NCBI GenBank assembly: GCA_028534125.1 | Contig: CM052818.1 | Span: forward strand, 2,172,001-2,236,000 | Length of the DNA stretch: 64,000 nucleotides | Direction of reading: 5' to 3' | Source: Lama glama | Taxonomy: Eukaryota | Shown here: positions 48,331 to 62,400 of the stretch, piece by piece | How positions within the stretch are numbered: position 1 is the first letter of the stretch | Layout: every line of letters starts with the position of its first letter | Made by a program: the position numbers and the translations under genes | Notes under the pieces: model-generated | Told to the model about the DNA's origin: nothing | Seen by the model: the letters and a program-made list of their open reading frames with translations, nothing else | Databases searched by the model: none

Positions 48331-48699
48331 GCAAAAGAGACCCACTGAGTCAACCATGGGGATGAAGTCAGACCACAGTGGGTGGAGCAGTGAGTGCAAG
48401 GTAAGGGCATGGAGACATGAAGTGTGACGCTTTCTAGAACTTTGTGAAGGGACGAGAGACCATACCAGCAGGAAGACATGGAGGGAAGGAAGGGTATTTT
48501 GACTGTACCTTAAAGGTGTCTGAACATTCTTGTCCGTAAGGGACTCCATGAGTGGTACCGCGACTCTTAAATTCAGGCAAGTGGGAGTCCTTCGGAATTT
48601 CCCTCTCTTCCCCCCGCCCCCGCCCCAGCCCTGACCAGTCAGCTCCCCAGGCCCATCTTTCCAGCTGCTCAGGGTCTCCACAGCCCGGGATCTCTCTCC

Positions 48700-48906
48700 C
48701 AGAGTTTCTCAGCAGCAGCACGACCAGCACTGTGGGCGGGATGGTTGTGGGGAGGGTGTGCCCTGTGCATTGCGGGATGTTTAGTAGCTCCAGGATGCCA
48801 ATAGCACCCTCAGCCCCCTCATCCCTGTTGATGCCAATCAAAAATACCTCCAGACACTGCCAGATGTGCCCTGGGGAGCAAAATCCACCCTAGTCAAGAA
48901 CCGCGG
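48700..48906. mobile_element. MER20 hAT element
   Basis: CCTGTGCATTGCGGGATGTTTAG..GATGCCAATAGCACCC..CTCCAGACACTGCCAGATGTGCCCTGGGG..CAAAATC..GAACC. Confidence 0.85.
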
Positions 48907-49029
48907 CTGGCTCTGTGCCCTGTGGAGGGAGACTCTCGCAGATCCGCGAACCGTTTCTGGTCCTGCCTAGTCCTCGCTCTCCCTACTGTCTTGACCCTGT
49001 CCTTGACCCTGTAACCCTTGAGTATCAGT

Positions 49030-49208
49030 GTGTTGTGATTACCCTTCTGCTCGGCTCCCTCCCCTACTCCACTGTGAGCTCCAGGAGGGCAGGAGCCACG
49101 TTTACCCGGCTCAACATGGTATCTCTAGAGCCTGGCTCCCTGCTTGGTACACACTCGGCGCGTGTGTGTGCGCGTATTTCTTGAATGAATGAATGAATGA
49201 ATGAGTGA
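49030..49208 (+). mobile_element. L2 3' end with (TGAA)n tail
   Basis: ACTGTGAGCTCCAGGAGGGCAGG..GTATCTCTAGAGCCTGG..TGAATGAATGAATGAATGA. Confidence 0.8.
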
Positions 49209-51504
49209 CTCCTGCCTTGCCTTTAAGATCTTCCCCAGTTGGCTCCTGGACTAATGGACCGGCTGTCTCTAATGCTCTCTGCATCAGGCCGCACAGCATC
49301 CTAGGCAACTGCTCTTCACCACTTGCGGTCGTAGACCTTGTTGTGAACGGGGTGTAATCTCTAGACCCTCTCCCCGTCACAGGCCATGGGCTATATATAC
49401 CACCTGACACCCCATCCTGTGCTCCTAAAAGACTCCTGCCCCCCAGAATAAGAGCAAAGAAGCCACAATTCCAATCGAGGCCGGTCCAGCTTTAAGTCTG
49501 TCTGTGCTTCCCCGTCACCTCCAGAATGAAATGCTAACTCAGCTGTGGACACGGGCCCTACAACACCCTGCCTCGCCCCGAAGTAGCCAGGCTCTCAGAC
49601 AGCTGGAGACTTGATCTCTGTCTCTGCTCCTCAGCACACCTGTCCCTTCCCGGCCACCGGGCCGGTCCAACACTCCACTCAGAGGGCATCCCTTCTCTAG
49701 AGTCTCCTGCCCTCCCTGTCCCAGGGCATCCCTTCTCTGGTACTCTCAGAAGGGTACAAATAACCATGCTTTCCTGATACACTTTTCCAGCCCTAGGACT
49801 GGAGCCAACTTTAGGCTGAAGCCAACCCTGACGAGGGCAGAGCAGAGAAAGAACGCAAATTCTTGATGACCTAATTGAGGAGCTGCATCGGCCCTTGCCT
49901 GAAGTCAGCCCTTCTGGAAGTTCCATTTCCGTAAAGCTATTATATTCCCTTTACTAGTTTAAGTAATGTCTTCTTTTATATGCAACTCAGCGCAGCAAGA
50001 AAAAGCAAATGAATAAATGAGAAAATTAATGAATAGGCACAGTGGCCCCCTAAACTCATTTAATCCAGCTGCAAGTTGCATGGTGTGCATTTATTTCCTC
50101 CAGTCTTCCTGTACCTGTAAGAAAAGGAGAACTTTCTTTCCAAAACTCACACTCCCCTCCTTCTGCAGAAGCTGGTTCCATGAATTATCGCATATTCTCT
50201 CTTGTGTCTTTGCTCTTTCCCACCCCAGTGGCTTCCTCCTCTCCACCTTCAAATATTCTCCGTTCTCCTCAGCTTCTAAAGCTCTCTGAGCACCTCCTGA
50301 AGCTGCAGCCCCACCTCTCCCTTCCTTGTGTCTCACCTTCTCTGTGGGATCGCCGACGTTCACCGCCTGCACACAGGCACGCATTGTGGGCATTCAGGGA
50401 AGGCTCACTCCCCAGACGAGTTTTTGACCGCGGCCCCTGCTGCCTGTTCTGTGTGAGGTATGGCCACCTGGCTCCAGGGTTCAGGTGTCAGGGTCTCAGG
50501 ACGGGCCACCCTGGTGCTCAGGGCCCATGCAGAGCAAGGACACTGAGGGCCTCCTCCAGCCAGAACCTCGCCTAAAGAGATAATCACTCCACTTTCAAGA
50601 TGCAACTTCCTCACCCAGGAAGTTTCGGGCCATCAGCCCTGTGCCAGTCACCCCGCGTCCTGCTAATCAGGGATGGGGATGAGGGCCTTAGTGTGGGTCC
50701 CAGAGTGCAGTGAAGAGCCAAGGGGGCTGGAAGAATCACCCTGGGGCCTTAGGGCCTGGACCGCAGGAACAGGCTCACAGCAAGAAACAGAAGAAGCCTG
50801 CCTGGGGAACGGGAGGGGAGGCGGCCAGGCTGTGCTCCAGAGTTCCAGCCCCTCCGGCGAGAGAGGCAGAGGCCTCTATTCTGGAAACACGATGTTTTCA
50901 TGCTCTTTGTTTTTTCTCTAAGTCTGTTCTTGCTGCTTCTGTAGACGAAGCCTGATTCCTGCAGGAGATGTCAGACCAACAGCTACTGCAATGCTTCAGA
51001 CCACAAGAAAAAGGTGCATTTGTCTAGACTGGATCTTGAAAGCAGGGTGAGGAAACAGAGGGAGGGAACCCCAAGAAATCCCAAGAGGAGGGGAGACCAG
51101 GTCACAGCCAGGCGTCCAGCAGCCCTCCCTGCCTGGAGAGCTTCTGGCCCACCTCTTTCCAAGGGGCTCCACGTGCAGACAGTGGACCCTCTTCCCAGAC
51201 GTGGTACAGGTAACCGCCCACCCAAGCAAAGGGCAGCGTGGGAAAGGAAGAGACCATGCCTGAGGGAGGAAGGCCCGGGGGTGGGGAGGGGGGATTCCTG
51301 GAGCAGAACATTCTGGGTCCCCAGGCAGGCCAAACACCATGGCTCAAAGCCCAGTCCACCCTACCAGTCTTGTTGAAAGGTACACAGTTCTGCTGGGAAC
51401 ACTGAGCCAGAGGTGGTACACACCCCTCACACCACCCACCCAGACACACGGCCCACACCGTCACCCCCATTCGGGAACCACAGAGATACACACAGCAGCG
51501 CCGC

Positions 51505-51739
51505 TTTGTGGTTCAAACTGTTTTATACTGAAATACATCGGGGCTGATCCCAAACAACGTTGGTAGGGGAGAAAGAAATGATGAAGCGGGGAGATCCCAG
51601 GGCTCGATGTCACCAACACTCAGAGCACGTGCCAGTCCAACTGTCTGTCTGCCCACCCCGGCAGGAGTCAGGCCTGGACGTCCGGAGGAGGTCAGCTGAG
51701 CCGGGCAGAGGAGGCAGCCAGTCCCAGGTCCAAGAGCCC
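51505..51739 (-). other. DYSF: DYSF 3' UTR (end approximate)
   Basis: Runs from the TGA stop to about 15-20 nt past the TATAAA hexamer. Confidence 0.75.
51522..51527 (-). terminator. Probable DYSF poly(A) signal, variant TATAAA
   Basis: Minus strand reads TGTATTTCAG-TATAAA-ACAGTTTGAACCACAAAG...TGTGTGT: upstream UGUA, variant hexamer, downstream GU-rich element; no AATAAA seen between here and the stop. Confidence 0.7.
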
Positions 51740-51778
51740 TCAGCTGAATGGCTTCACCAGCTTCATGGCAGCATAGTT
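51740..51778 (-). CDS. DYSF: Dysferlin terminal coding exon (equivalent to human exon 55)
   Basis: Polypyrimidine tract plus CAG| acceptor, then AAC TAT GCT GCC ATG AAG CTG GTG AAG CCA TTC AGC TGA = NYAAMKLVKPFS*. Confidence 0.96.
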   Translation of the reverse strand, partial: NYAAMKLVKPFS

Positions 51779-54700
51779 CTGGAGGGAGGGAGGAGGCAGG
51801 GACATGTGGTGACAGCTGCCGGGGACTTGGAGGGGGGAAGGAGGCTCATGCACTCAACCACCGCCTGCCCCTCGCCCTCACCGCCCCACCATGCCCACGC
51901 TCTCCCGCCACACAAGCCCACACCCTCCTGAACTCCACTCACACCCTCACCCGGGGCCTGCACTGCCCTGTCCTCTCCCCCGTCAATCCAGGGCCCACTC
52001 CCAGATCCCAGCTGGCAGCCAGGAGGCCGCTTCTATCAGACAGGTGGCCTGAAGGCATGGCTCTGATTCTCCCCACCCGCCTCCCACACTCCCACCATGG
52101 GAACCCAGGGCCCATTGGCGACCACGCTCCTGTTCAAAACGCAGAGAGTTGGGGGGGGGGTGCTCGGGGACAACCCACCACTCAGGTCAGCACTAGAGAT
52201 GGGTCACCCCTGATTAAGCTCTGGCTGCTGCAGGACTGGGCAGAAATCTCCCCTCCCCCTTCCTCCCCCCAAAACCATGAAAACACATACAACACAACAC
52301 AGGGCTCCTAATTGGGACAGCATGTTCCCCAGCGCCGCCCGGGAAAGCCAACTCTGGAAACAAAGCCGCGGCTCCTTCCCCGCCAGATCGCCTCCTGCCT
52401 CCCCACGCTGGCCCTGCTCCCGGCTGCCTCTGGGGGAGAGCTGGGGGGAATCGGACAGGCTGCCCTTCTGGTCCCCCTCCCAGGGGAATTTCCAAGAGGG
52501 CAGGGGATTAGGCCAACAGTGGGGAGCAGGCCTGGCCTCGGGCCCCTCTCCGCCGAGACCTGACAGCCGGGTGAGGGTCACGGGTCTGGGACCACCAGGT
52601 GACTGGAGAACCCGGCCCAGCTTGGAGCAAAGGCTGGAAGCAAAACCAGCCTGCAGCCTCTGAGCCGGGCCGCGCCTCTAGCCCTGACCCCTCACCTAGG
52701 ATCTGACCTCACGTGCCAGCTCTGGGAAAGGGAAGGCAGGCTTGGTATTTGAAAGGACAACTTCTAGAAGATCTCAAAGGAGAGTGCTGCTGCTAGCTGG
52801 GGACCCAGGAGACGGGGAGGGCACTGACCAGGGCCTGCCCGCGGAGCCTGGGGCTGAGGCTGCCCTAGGGATGACACTGGATCGCAGGCTGGCAGTGACT
52901 GGAATCTTCCCTCCTTCCCAGCCAGGCAGCGGGGCCTCCTTCCCCAAGGGCCCTGAAGGCCTGGTCTGCTGCCCAAGTGCCTTGCAGGACAGACCCGGCC
53001 GGCCAGGGGCAGGGCTGGGCAGAGGAAGGCTGGTGGTGATGTTTGGGCCTGTCCCTGCACACCGTCTCGGCTCTTCGGCAAAAGGCTGGCTTGACGAGCA
53101 CCCCACCCAACCCCAGGGAAGGCCAAAGAGCTCCCCTACCCCCAGCGCCAGTCACAGCAGGTCAGCACTGACCCAGTCCAGCCCCTTTCTCAGACGGATG
53201 AGAGGGCCCCGCCATGGTCACCAGAAGTCACTGGCAGAGCCCGAACCCAGCCAATAGCTCCTGACTCCACATAGAGCTCTGTCCCATACAACAGTGACGC
53301 TCAGACCTTAATGTCCCCAAGACAGAGTCCAGCAGACTGAGGGCTGGCTCAGGACTCCGCACTTCTTAGCAGCTCCCTGGTGCAGCTATGCTCCTGAGCC
53401 CACCTCCTCAAGGAGCCAGCGTCTACATCAGCTCCCTTTTGCCCCAACTCCCTGGCCCGGCCTCACGGTGGAGCATTAGACTGTCCCCTGTGCCCGCCTC
53501 GTCCACTGGCTTCTCCTTGCGGGCTGACGACTCCCCTGCAGCAGAGCCTCGTCGCCCTCTCCCTCGACCACACGACACGCCCTTGCCTCCTGGACACACT
53601 CCTGGACCCGAACGATGGCTGGGTACCCCCCAAATGAGAGGCGGTGAGCCTGAGGACAGGCCAGATGGGGCCTGCCCCAGGGAGGAGACACAGAGGACAT
53701 GGAGGTGCAGTCCTGGGCCTGACCCCAGACCCCGGGTCACGGCCATCCTGGCTCTAGACCCTCCTTTGTCACTTAGGGCCCAGAGGGTAGCCGGGGCCCA
53801 GACGTCCAAACCAGATGTCCCCTCTGCTGTTCCCACTGCTCACGATGTTTGGGCCTGAAGGGGACGGCTCTGTGGCTTTAACTCCTCCTTGTAGGAGGCA
53901 CACTCTGCTGGTGCCAGGCCTCGCCAGCTACAGCGGGAGAGCGCGCTCCAGCCCCCTCCTTCTCCTGAAGGATTCACCACGCAAAGAGCTCACAGGTGGG
54001 TAATTCCCGGAGAGCACTGCCCGCTGTGGGGACAGTGTGCTTGGCCGGGGACCTGGCCCTGACCAGGACTGTGGCTGCAACCCTAGATGGGGAGCTGTGC
54101 ACAGACTGCCTGCAGCCCTGAGCTGGTCCCTCCTCTCTCTGGGTGTCTGTTTCTTTCCATTCAAATTAGGGGGACATGGAGTTGATTGAACCATTCTCTC
54201 TACTTTTATATGGGTTTGAAGTCTTCATATTAAAAAGTAAAATAACAAAAAATTAAAGAACATTAAATATCAGGTGTCAGCCTGGGAGCACTGCGATCCC
54301 TTCAAGGTTTGAGGTGCCATAGACCCGGGGGGGCTGCTGTGAGGGCCAGGGAAGCAGGGCAGGGGAGAGCCCAGACCCTCCTCCCTCGGAGGGGCCCCCC
54401 GGCCTCCTGTGGCTGGGTGCAGCCGCCCCCGCTAGTGTGGCCCTGGTGACCCTTAGTCAGGCAGCTGCTGGCTTCTCACCAGGTAGAAGGGGTCCCAGTG
54501 TTCACTGTGCCCGTGAGAGGCTCCTGGCCCACCCTCTGCTCGCCCACACCTTGCCCCACACCCACCCCGCTTCAGGAGACAGGACACACTCTCCCGGGGT
54601 CCTCAGGTGGGCACTGAGACTCTCTCCCAGCCCCAGGTCCTCCTGTGCTCTGGACCTCAGCAGGCACCATCTTCACTAACAGGAGCCGTTTCCTCCACTC

Positions 54701-55041
54701 TGCCATCCACACTTTCTCTTCCCTTCCAGACCCACATCCTCCTTTAAGAAGCTTCCCCTGCCCATGCTTGCCCAAGGGGCTTCACCTTCTGCCAACCTTG
54801 ATGACACTTTCCAGGAGTTTGCTGAGGACACTGCGTCTCCCCATCAAGAGGGGAACTCAGATTCCCCCTCTTGGACTAAGAGCTCCCCAAGGGTCTCCCC
54901 ACCAGCCTGGGGGCTCCCCAGAGCAGGGGCCACGTCTCCCCCATCAGGCCATGGATGCCCCAAGGACAGAGGCTGCTGCTCTCCACCAGACAGGGGGTGA
55001 GCTTTGAGGACAATGACAGACTCCCCTGAGACCAGGAGCTA

Positions 55042-55320
<279 letters not shown>

Positions 55321-56004
55321 TCAAGGGCCTCAGCTCCAGTCCCCAGACCCAGCCCTCGGCACCTGCATCCCCGCCTCCTCCCAGCCTCTGCTGCGCTGGG
55401 GGTACCCTCTCCTCTTCCTGGTGTCAAGCCCTGCACATCCTCAGCCACCCTGTCCAGCCCGCCCTCCCTGCCGCTCTCTCCTTCCTGACCCAGGACTAAA
55501 TTACAGACTGGAGGTTTGGGAGCTGGGCAGAGCCTCAGGGGCTCCACGTTAGATGAGCTATGGCCCACTGAGCCCCAGATAAGCTAAGCCACCTGCCAAG
55601 ATGCACACGGCTGGTCCACAGCCAGGGAAGGGTGGCAGGAAGTGAACCCAGAAGGCTGATTTTCTCTCACTCACAACCAAGAACCTCAAAAACTTCCCCT
55701 AGGTCAGCCTCACAATTCAAAGAGCAAGCAGGATTTTGTGTCTCAATAATGGCCATTTTAACGCCTGGCTGCATGCCGCTGGGGCCTCTGGGTCTCTCCT
55801 GTCTTTCCACCCAGATCCCAGCATCCCTGGGCAGGGGTGCCTCTCACAGCTCTGCCAGCCCGTGGCACTCAGGACAGCACTGTGATAAAGCATGCCGTCT
55901 GTCTGAAGTCTGACTTGAGCCGAGGAGAAGTACCCAGCAAATGCAGCCCCAACCACAGGAGGGCCATGGAAGGCAGCTGGGTCAGAGGAAAGACTTTGAT
56001 CAGG

Positions 56005-56150
56005 CTCCAGCGCCAATCAGACCAGGCAGGAGACTTTCAGCTTCACCACTTTCTTATGACCTTACTTAACTTTGCTGAGATTGTTTCCTCATCTGTAAGG
56101 TGGGGATGCAAATTAACGATTGCCCAGCAGGGAAGGGTCCATAACATGAC
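56005..56150 (+). mobile_element. MIR fragment in DYSF intron
   Basis: TGACCTTACTTAAC..GTTTCCTCATCTGTAAGGTGGGGAT. Confidence 0.7.
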
Positions 56151-56398
56151 ATTCACATGCCGTATGACAGCACGCTGGGCCTGCAACCAACCGCTGCCAA
56201 CAGCGCCTGCTTCTTGAATCAGCTGAGATGCCTGGTGTGCCCTGGAAATGATGTCTGTCACCTGCCACGTAACAGTGTGCCCTCGGATGAGTCGCATCCC
56301 CCTCTGGGCCCTGTGGGCCTTGGGACCTCTGCGTGGCTATGCAGTGGGCCTCCTGTACTCTGGCCATGCCTCCCAGTCCCCTTGGGCATCAGGGGTCA

Positions 56399-57520
<1,122 letters not shown>

Positions 57521-57572
57521 TGATTTCAAGGGCCACTCTGGGGGTTGACTGGCTGCCTGCCATTTCTAGGTA

Positions 57573-57786
57573 CAATTGACCCTTGAACAGCATGGGTTTT
57601 AACTGCGCAGATCCACTTATACACAGATTGTTTCCAGTAAACAGCAGTCACCCCCACCCCCTCATTGGCAGGTTTTGCATCTGCGGATTCAACCAACCAC
57701 TAAGGGCCAACCAGGTTGAACATCTGTGCATTTTTGTATGAGTAGGTTTCTGGAACCAATCCCCAACGGATATGGGGGGACACTAA
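57573..57786. mobile_element. MER8/Tigger2-type TcMar-Tigger element
   Basis: TA-CAATTGACCCTTGAACA..AACTGCGC..TCCACTTATAC..GCATCTGCGGATTCAACCAACC..CTGGAACCAATCCCC..GGATA. Confidence 0.75.
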
Positions 57787-58215
57787 TACATCATCAGTCA
57801 TTTACCTCCTCTGCAGAGGAAGGACAGTTCTCGATGGTCCCCCGTCACACCCCTGAGCAGACCTCTGGCTGGGAGATTAGTACCAAGACAGTCCCTTGTA
57901 GGGTCCTGCTCAAATGGGAGTGGCACGACCCCTGTCCTCAGGAAGCCCAGCCCAGGACACCGGTCACTGGGAAGACCAAGGAGCAGAGTATAAACTAAAC
58001 AGGGTTCAAAGGAGACGAAGGCATCTTTTGATTTAAATAGGCTTCCCTGGGATGCGAGCTTCAAGGAGAGGAAGGCTGAGAACCATCAGGAAAGAGGCAC
58101 AGTGTCTAGGGAAACACAGGGGGAGGGCAGGAGAGAGGGACAGGAGCATGTCTGTGCCCAGGGACTTCCATGACAGAGCCCCCTGCACCCCAGCTGGCCG
58201 GAGAGACAGACTTAC

Positions 58216-58394
58216 CGCCAGTATCTTCTTCTCACCCTCGTCCGCCACACAGGGCCACCAGCCCTTCACTGTTTTCTGTTCGAAAAGGGACACAAATCGC
58301 TCCGGGTGGAAAGCGTCATCCAGCTGGTCCAAGGAGCACTTCTCGGCTGTCTTGGCGGGCTTGGGCATGCGGTTGAGGTCCAGCTGCAAAGAGC
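58216..58394 (-). CDS. DYSF: Dysferlin coding exon (equivalent to human exon 52)
   Basis: 179 nt, ACAG| acceptor, |GTAAG donor; (G)[59 protein letters not shown]; phase matches both neighbours. Confidence 0.97.
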
Positions 58395-58709
58395 CTGTGG
58401 CAGGGGAGGGTTCTTTGGCCTGGGGTTTCTCAGTCACTGCCAGCCTAGGGCCACCCTGGGGCTGGGCAGGTTCAGAAAAACTCACAGCCACCTTTCAGCT
58501 TCTATTGATGGCCTTGGCCCCGTGGCTCAATCCCCAGCTCCCCACCCATTGCCTCTCATTCCATCCATACAGCTTCCCAACCATCTATTCATGCATCCAT
58601 ACACCCGTTAGTCTCCCCTTCTTGATTTGCCCTTAACAGAGCTTCCCACCTGCTCAAATATTCATCTTTCATTCAGCCATGGTCAACACCTACCATCCAT
58701 CAATTCTTT

Positions 58710-59275
58710 GAATTGCTTTTATTGCAGTAAAATATATATAAGATAAAATTTGTTATTTTAACCATTTTCAAATGTGTACCTCAGTGGCATCACTTATAGT
58801 CACGATATTGTGCAACCACTGCCATTACCTATTTCTAAAACTTCCTCACCCCCAAACAGCGCTCTGCACCCATTAAGTAGTAACTCACCATCCCCGTCTC
58901 CTCTCAGCCCCTGGGAATCTCTAATCTACTTTCTGTCTCCGTGAATAAGCCTATTCTGGAGCGTTCAGATATGTGGAATCATGAACTATTTGTCTTTTTG
59001 TGTCTGGCTTATTTCACTTGGAATAATGAGTTTTCCACATTCATCCATGTTGCAGCAAGTATCAGTACTTCATTCCTTTTTATGGCTGAATAATATTCCA
59101 TGGTATGTATATACCACATTTTGTTTACCCATTCATCTGTTGATTGGCACTCGGGTTAGTTCTGCCTTTTAACTAGCACTGTACAAGAGTTCCAGTTTCT
59201 CCACAGCCTCTCCAACACTTGTTATTTTCCAGTTTTTGCTTTTTTTTAAATAAGTGTATTATCTCATTGTGGTTC
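58710..59275 (-). mobile_element. L1 (L1MB/MA-type) 3' end
   Basis: TTGTGCAACCA..CTAATCTACTTTCTGTCTC..TTTTGTGTCTGGCTTATTTCACTT..TTCATTCCTTTTTATGGCTGAATAATATTCCA. Confidence 0.85.
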
Positions 59276-59379
59276 ATCCACCAATTTTTTCATCTGCCCA
59301 CCTAGTAATCCAAGCAGCTGTCTTTCTGTACTTCATCTACTCATCCATTTTATCCATCTTCCCCTGGAGTAGCTCCACC

Positions 59380-59459
59380 TTAGGTTGAGCCATATGAAAA
59401 TGCTGGTATTTAACTATTTTTGACATAGAAAAACAGCAGTTTCATGTGGTTTCACCTAA
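59380..59459. mobile_element. MADE2-type mariner MITE (80 bp)
   Basis: Imperfect palindrome TTAGGTTGAGCCATATGAAA...TTTCATGTGGTTTCACCTAA. Confidence 0.8.
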
Positions 59460-60165
59460 TCCAATTCCAGCAACATAATGAAGTCAATGGGACTGAAGCA
59501 TAGGGCACTGACAGGAGTAAGTGAGGGATACTCTAAAAAATACTTTCTGGGGCCAAATTAAAGAAAGTTTTGAAAACCATGCAAAAGAGACTAGATTTGT
59601 TTCAGTGTGGAATGCTCAGTTACTGCAAATATCCACTGATTGTATCATTCCATCTAGCATTTGTTGAACTCTGCGTCAACATTCATCTATCTATCCACCC
59701 ATCCACACATCTCCCCATCCCTCAGCTATAGATGAATGTTTATATCCCACTTTAAATATGGTCCCAATATAATATTAAGTAAAGGTCAGGACATTAAACC
59801 CTATATACAATACACATATAGTCTACATATGCACATGCACACAAAATTATCCCAGCATGATCTTCATAAAGACTGTAAAGAAACAGGATTATTGTTCAAT
59901 GGCAAAACTATAGATCTTAACTATTACTTTTAAAATAAAAGTAATAAATATTCAAAACAAGCAAAATAGTGATTAGAAAATACATTATGGAGGGATAAAA
60001 AAGAAATAATAATACTGTATTGTATATTTGAAAGTTGCTAAAAGAGTAGATCTCATCACAAGAAAAAAGTTTTTAACCATATGATTTAATGTGGTGATCA
60101 TTTCACAACATACACAGACATCAAATAAAAAAAGATAACTTTTGTGGAGTTAAAAAGTAGTAGTT

Positions 60166-60599
60166 TTTTAATAAAATAATGCCATTTGCTGCAACATGGA
60201 TGGAACTGGAGATCGTCATTCTAAGTAAAGTAAGCCAATAAAAGAAATAAAAATACCATATGATATCACTCATACATGGTATCTAAAAAAAAAAAAAGAC
60301 AAATGAACTTATTTGCAAAACAGAAACAGACTCACAGACATAGAGAATAAACTTATGGTTACCAAGGGGGAAGGGAGTGGGAAGGGATAAACTGGGAGTT
60401 TGAGATTTGCAGATATTAGCTACTATATATAAAATAGATAAACAAGTTTATACTGTATAGCACAGGGAACTATATTCAATACATTGTAGTAACCTATAAT
60501 GAAAAAGAATATAAAAACGAGTATATGTACGTATATGTATGACTGACTTATTATGCTGCACACCAGAAATTGACACGACATTGTAAACTGACTACAATT
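60166..60599 (+). mobile_element. 5'-truncated lineage L1 (ORF2 C-terminus and 3' UTR) with TSD
   Basis: Encodes IMPFAATWMELEIVILSKVS; flanks AAAAAGTAGTAGTT (60152-60165) and AAAAAGTAGTCGTT (60600-60613) at a TT|AAAAA site. Confidence 0.9.
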
Positions 60600-60719
60600 A
60601 AAAAGTAGTCGTTCTAGTAGTCTTATTTTTATTTTCAAAAACAAAAGATGAGTCTGTTTAATTTTATTTTGGGCATTGTCTTCTCATTCAATAAAATGCA
60701 GGGGTTTTATCCTTTTAAA

Positions 60720-61700
60720 ATGAATTTTCTAAAGCTTCACTCCATAAAGGAAAGATTGACAGATTGATGCTAAAGAACTTTTTCAGTCTGCAAGCAAAAA
60801 AGAGCCCATAGAAAATCAAAAGGTGAAACACAGAGAAGTGACTTGGAATGTATCCTTACTATAGAAAAGGCTCTGAAAATCAATAGTAAAAGATGAACAT
60901 CTCAAAACCATGACAAAGAAAATCCCATCAATAATGTGGATAATAAATATACTTTTAAAGTTCTGCCTTACAAGTAATGAAGACATACAGAGGAAGGTAA
61001 AAATGAGGCATCATATTGGTAATTTTTTTGGAAAAAAGATAACACTGGTAGCAAAAGTTTAGGGAACATGCTGCCCTTAGAGTCAAACAGGACACAGGTG
61101 GGAATTTTAAAAATGTGCAATCTCTCTAGAGGGCAACTGAACAAAATGCTTCAAAAGCCACTAAAATGTACAAAGACCCTCAAAATCTGTTGCTTAGAGT
61201 TCAAGAAAGATATTACAAAGGGTCCAAAGACGTATGCCTAGGGTGTGATGCATGTCACACAGGAGGTCCTGGAGAAGAGCCCCATGGGGTGAGGGAGGGT
61301 TAGTGAGGCAGGATAAGGTGCATCTGGGTGACAGGCCGTCAGGCGGGACATGAAGTATGATGGTGCAGATGCAAATGTCAGATAAATAACTCCTGACGGA
61401 AAGAATGCTCTTAAAATACTAAGTTTTCCCCCCAAAATCAAGATATAAAACAGTACGTATAATATAAACCTATTTTGCTATCTGTATGCCATACATATAT
61501 GTGTATATATGTATCAAATACACATGTAACATCTATGTGTTTGCTTGTGAAAGAAATAACACACGCCAAAGCATCAGTGGACGTTATCTCTGGGTGGTGA
61601 CTCTATAATAAAACAGGAAGGGGAGGCATTGCTTATCTCTGGTTTCTAATTATTCTATAGGAGATTATGTATCCCAGAATAATACATAAAATAACAAAAG
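60720..61700 (+). mobile_element. Old L1 (L1ME-type) remnants
   Basis: AAAGGAAAGATTGACAGAT..; CTCTAGAGGGCAACTG; GTTATCTCTGGGTGGTGA. Confidence 0.55.
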
Positions 61701-62014
61701 TCCAGTTTGGCGCTGTGATTCTGACACCCTGAATCTTTTACAAGGAAGTCCCGGAGCAGCTCCCAGTCCTCCCGTCGCCGGTGACCGGGCTGATGATCAG
61801 CCCGACAGGCAGGCAGCCCTCCTCCCCATTCCTGCTGGGGCTGCTCCTCAGAACGTCCTCTGCAGGGGCCCATGGGCTCAGCAAACTCTGCAATCAAGGG
61901 CCACCAAGGAGGGCTCCAGTGACTCGTCCAAGCCCACCCATTCCCAGGTGGCAGAGCGGAACTAGAACCCAGGACTTGTGACTTCCTGGGTTGCCTTTCT
62001 CCTGGGTTCACTGT

Positions 62015-62400
62015 TTTTTTTCACCAAGGTGAAATTCACAGAGCAAAATGCACCATTTTAACCATTTTAAAGTGTACAACTCAGTGGCTTTTAGTATATT
62101 CACAGAGTTGTGCAAAACCACCAGCACTAATTCCAGAATATTTTCACCACCCCGCAAAGAAACCCTATTCCCATTAGCAGTCACTCCCCAACCCCGCTCC
62201 TCCCAATGCCTGGCGACCGTGTTCTGTCTCCGTGGATTTCCTATTTCAGACGTTTCATGTAAACGGAATTGTACAATATTTATCCTTTTGTGTCTGGTTT
62301 CTTTCACTTAGCATGTTTTCAAGGCTCACCCATGTAGCATGAGTCAGTACTTCACTTCTTTCTGTGGCTGAATAACATCCCACTGCATGGACAGCCCACC
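62015..62400 (-). mobile_element. L1MB-type 3' end
   Basis: GGTGAAATTCACA..AACCATTTTAAAGTGTACAACTCAGTGG..CCCATTAGCAGTCACTCCCC..GTCTGGTTTCTTTCACTTAGCAT. Confidence 0.85.

Noticed and set aside
49683..49738. 16-bp direct repeat AGGGCATCCCTTCTCT with 40-bp period, superficially CRISPR-like
   Set aside because: Only two copies in a mammalian genome; a simple local duplication.
1..51500. A hidden novel gene or multi-gene system in the intergenic part
   Set aside because: No chain of splice-compatible exons, processed pseudogene or structured RNA gene was recognisable by eye; lncRNAs cannot be excluded from sequence alone.
58052..58636. 194-aa plus-strand ORF antisense to a DYSF exon (also 55145-55552, 56157-56621, 62949-63386)
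   Set aside because: Shadow ORFs from codon structure on the opposite strand and high GC.
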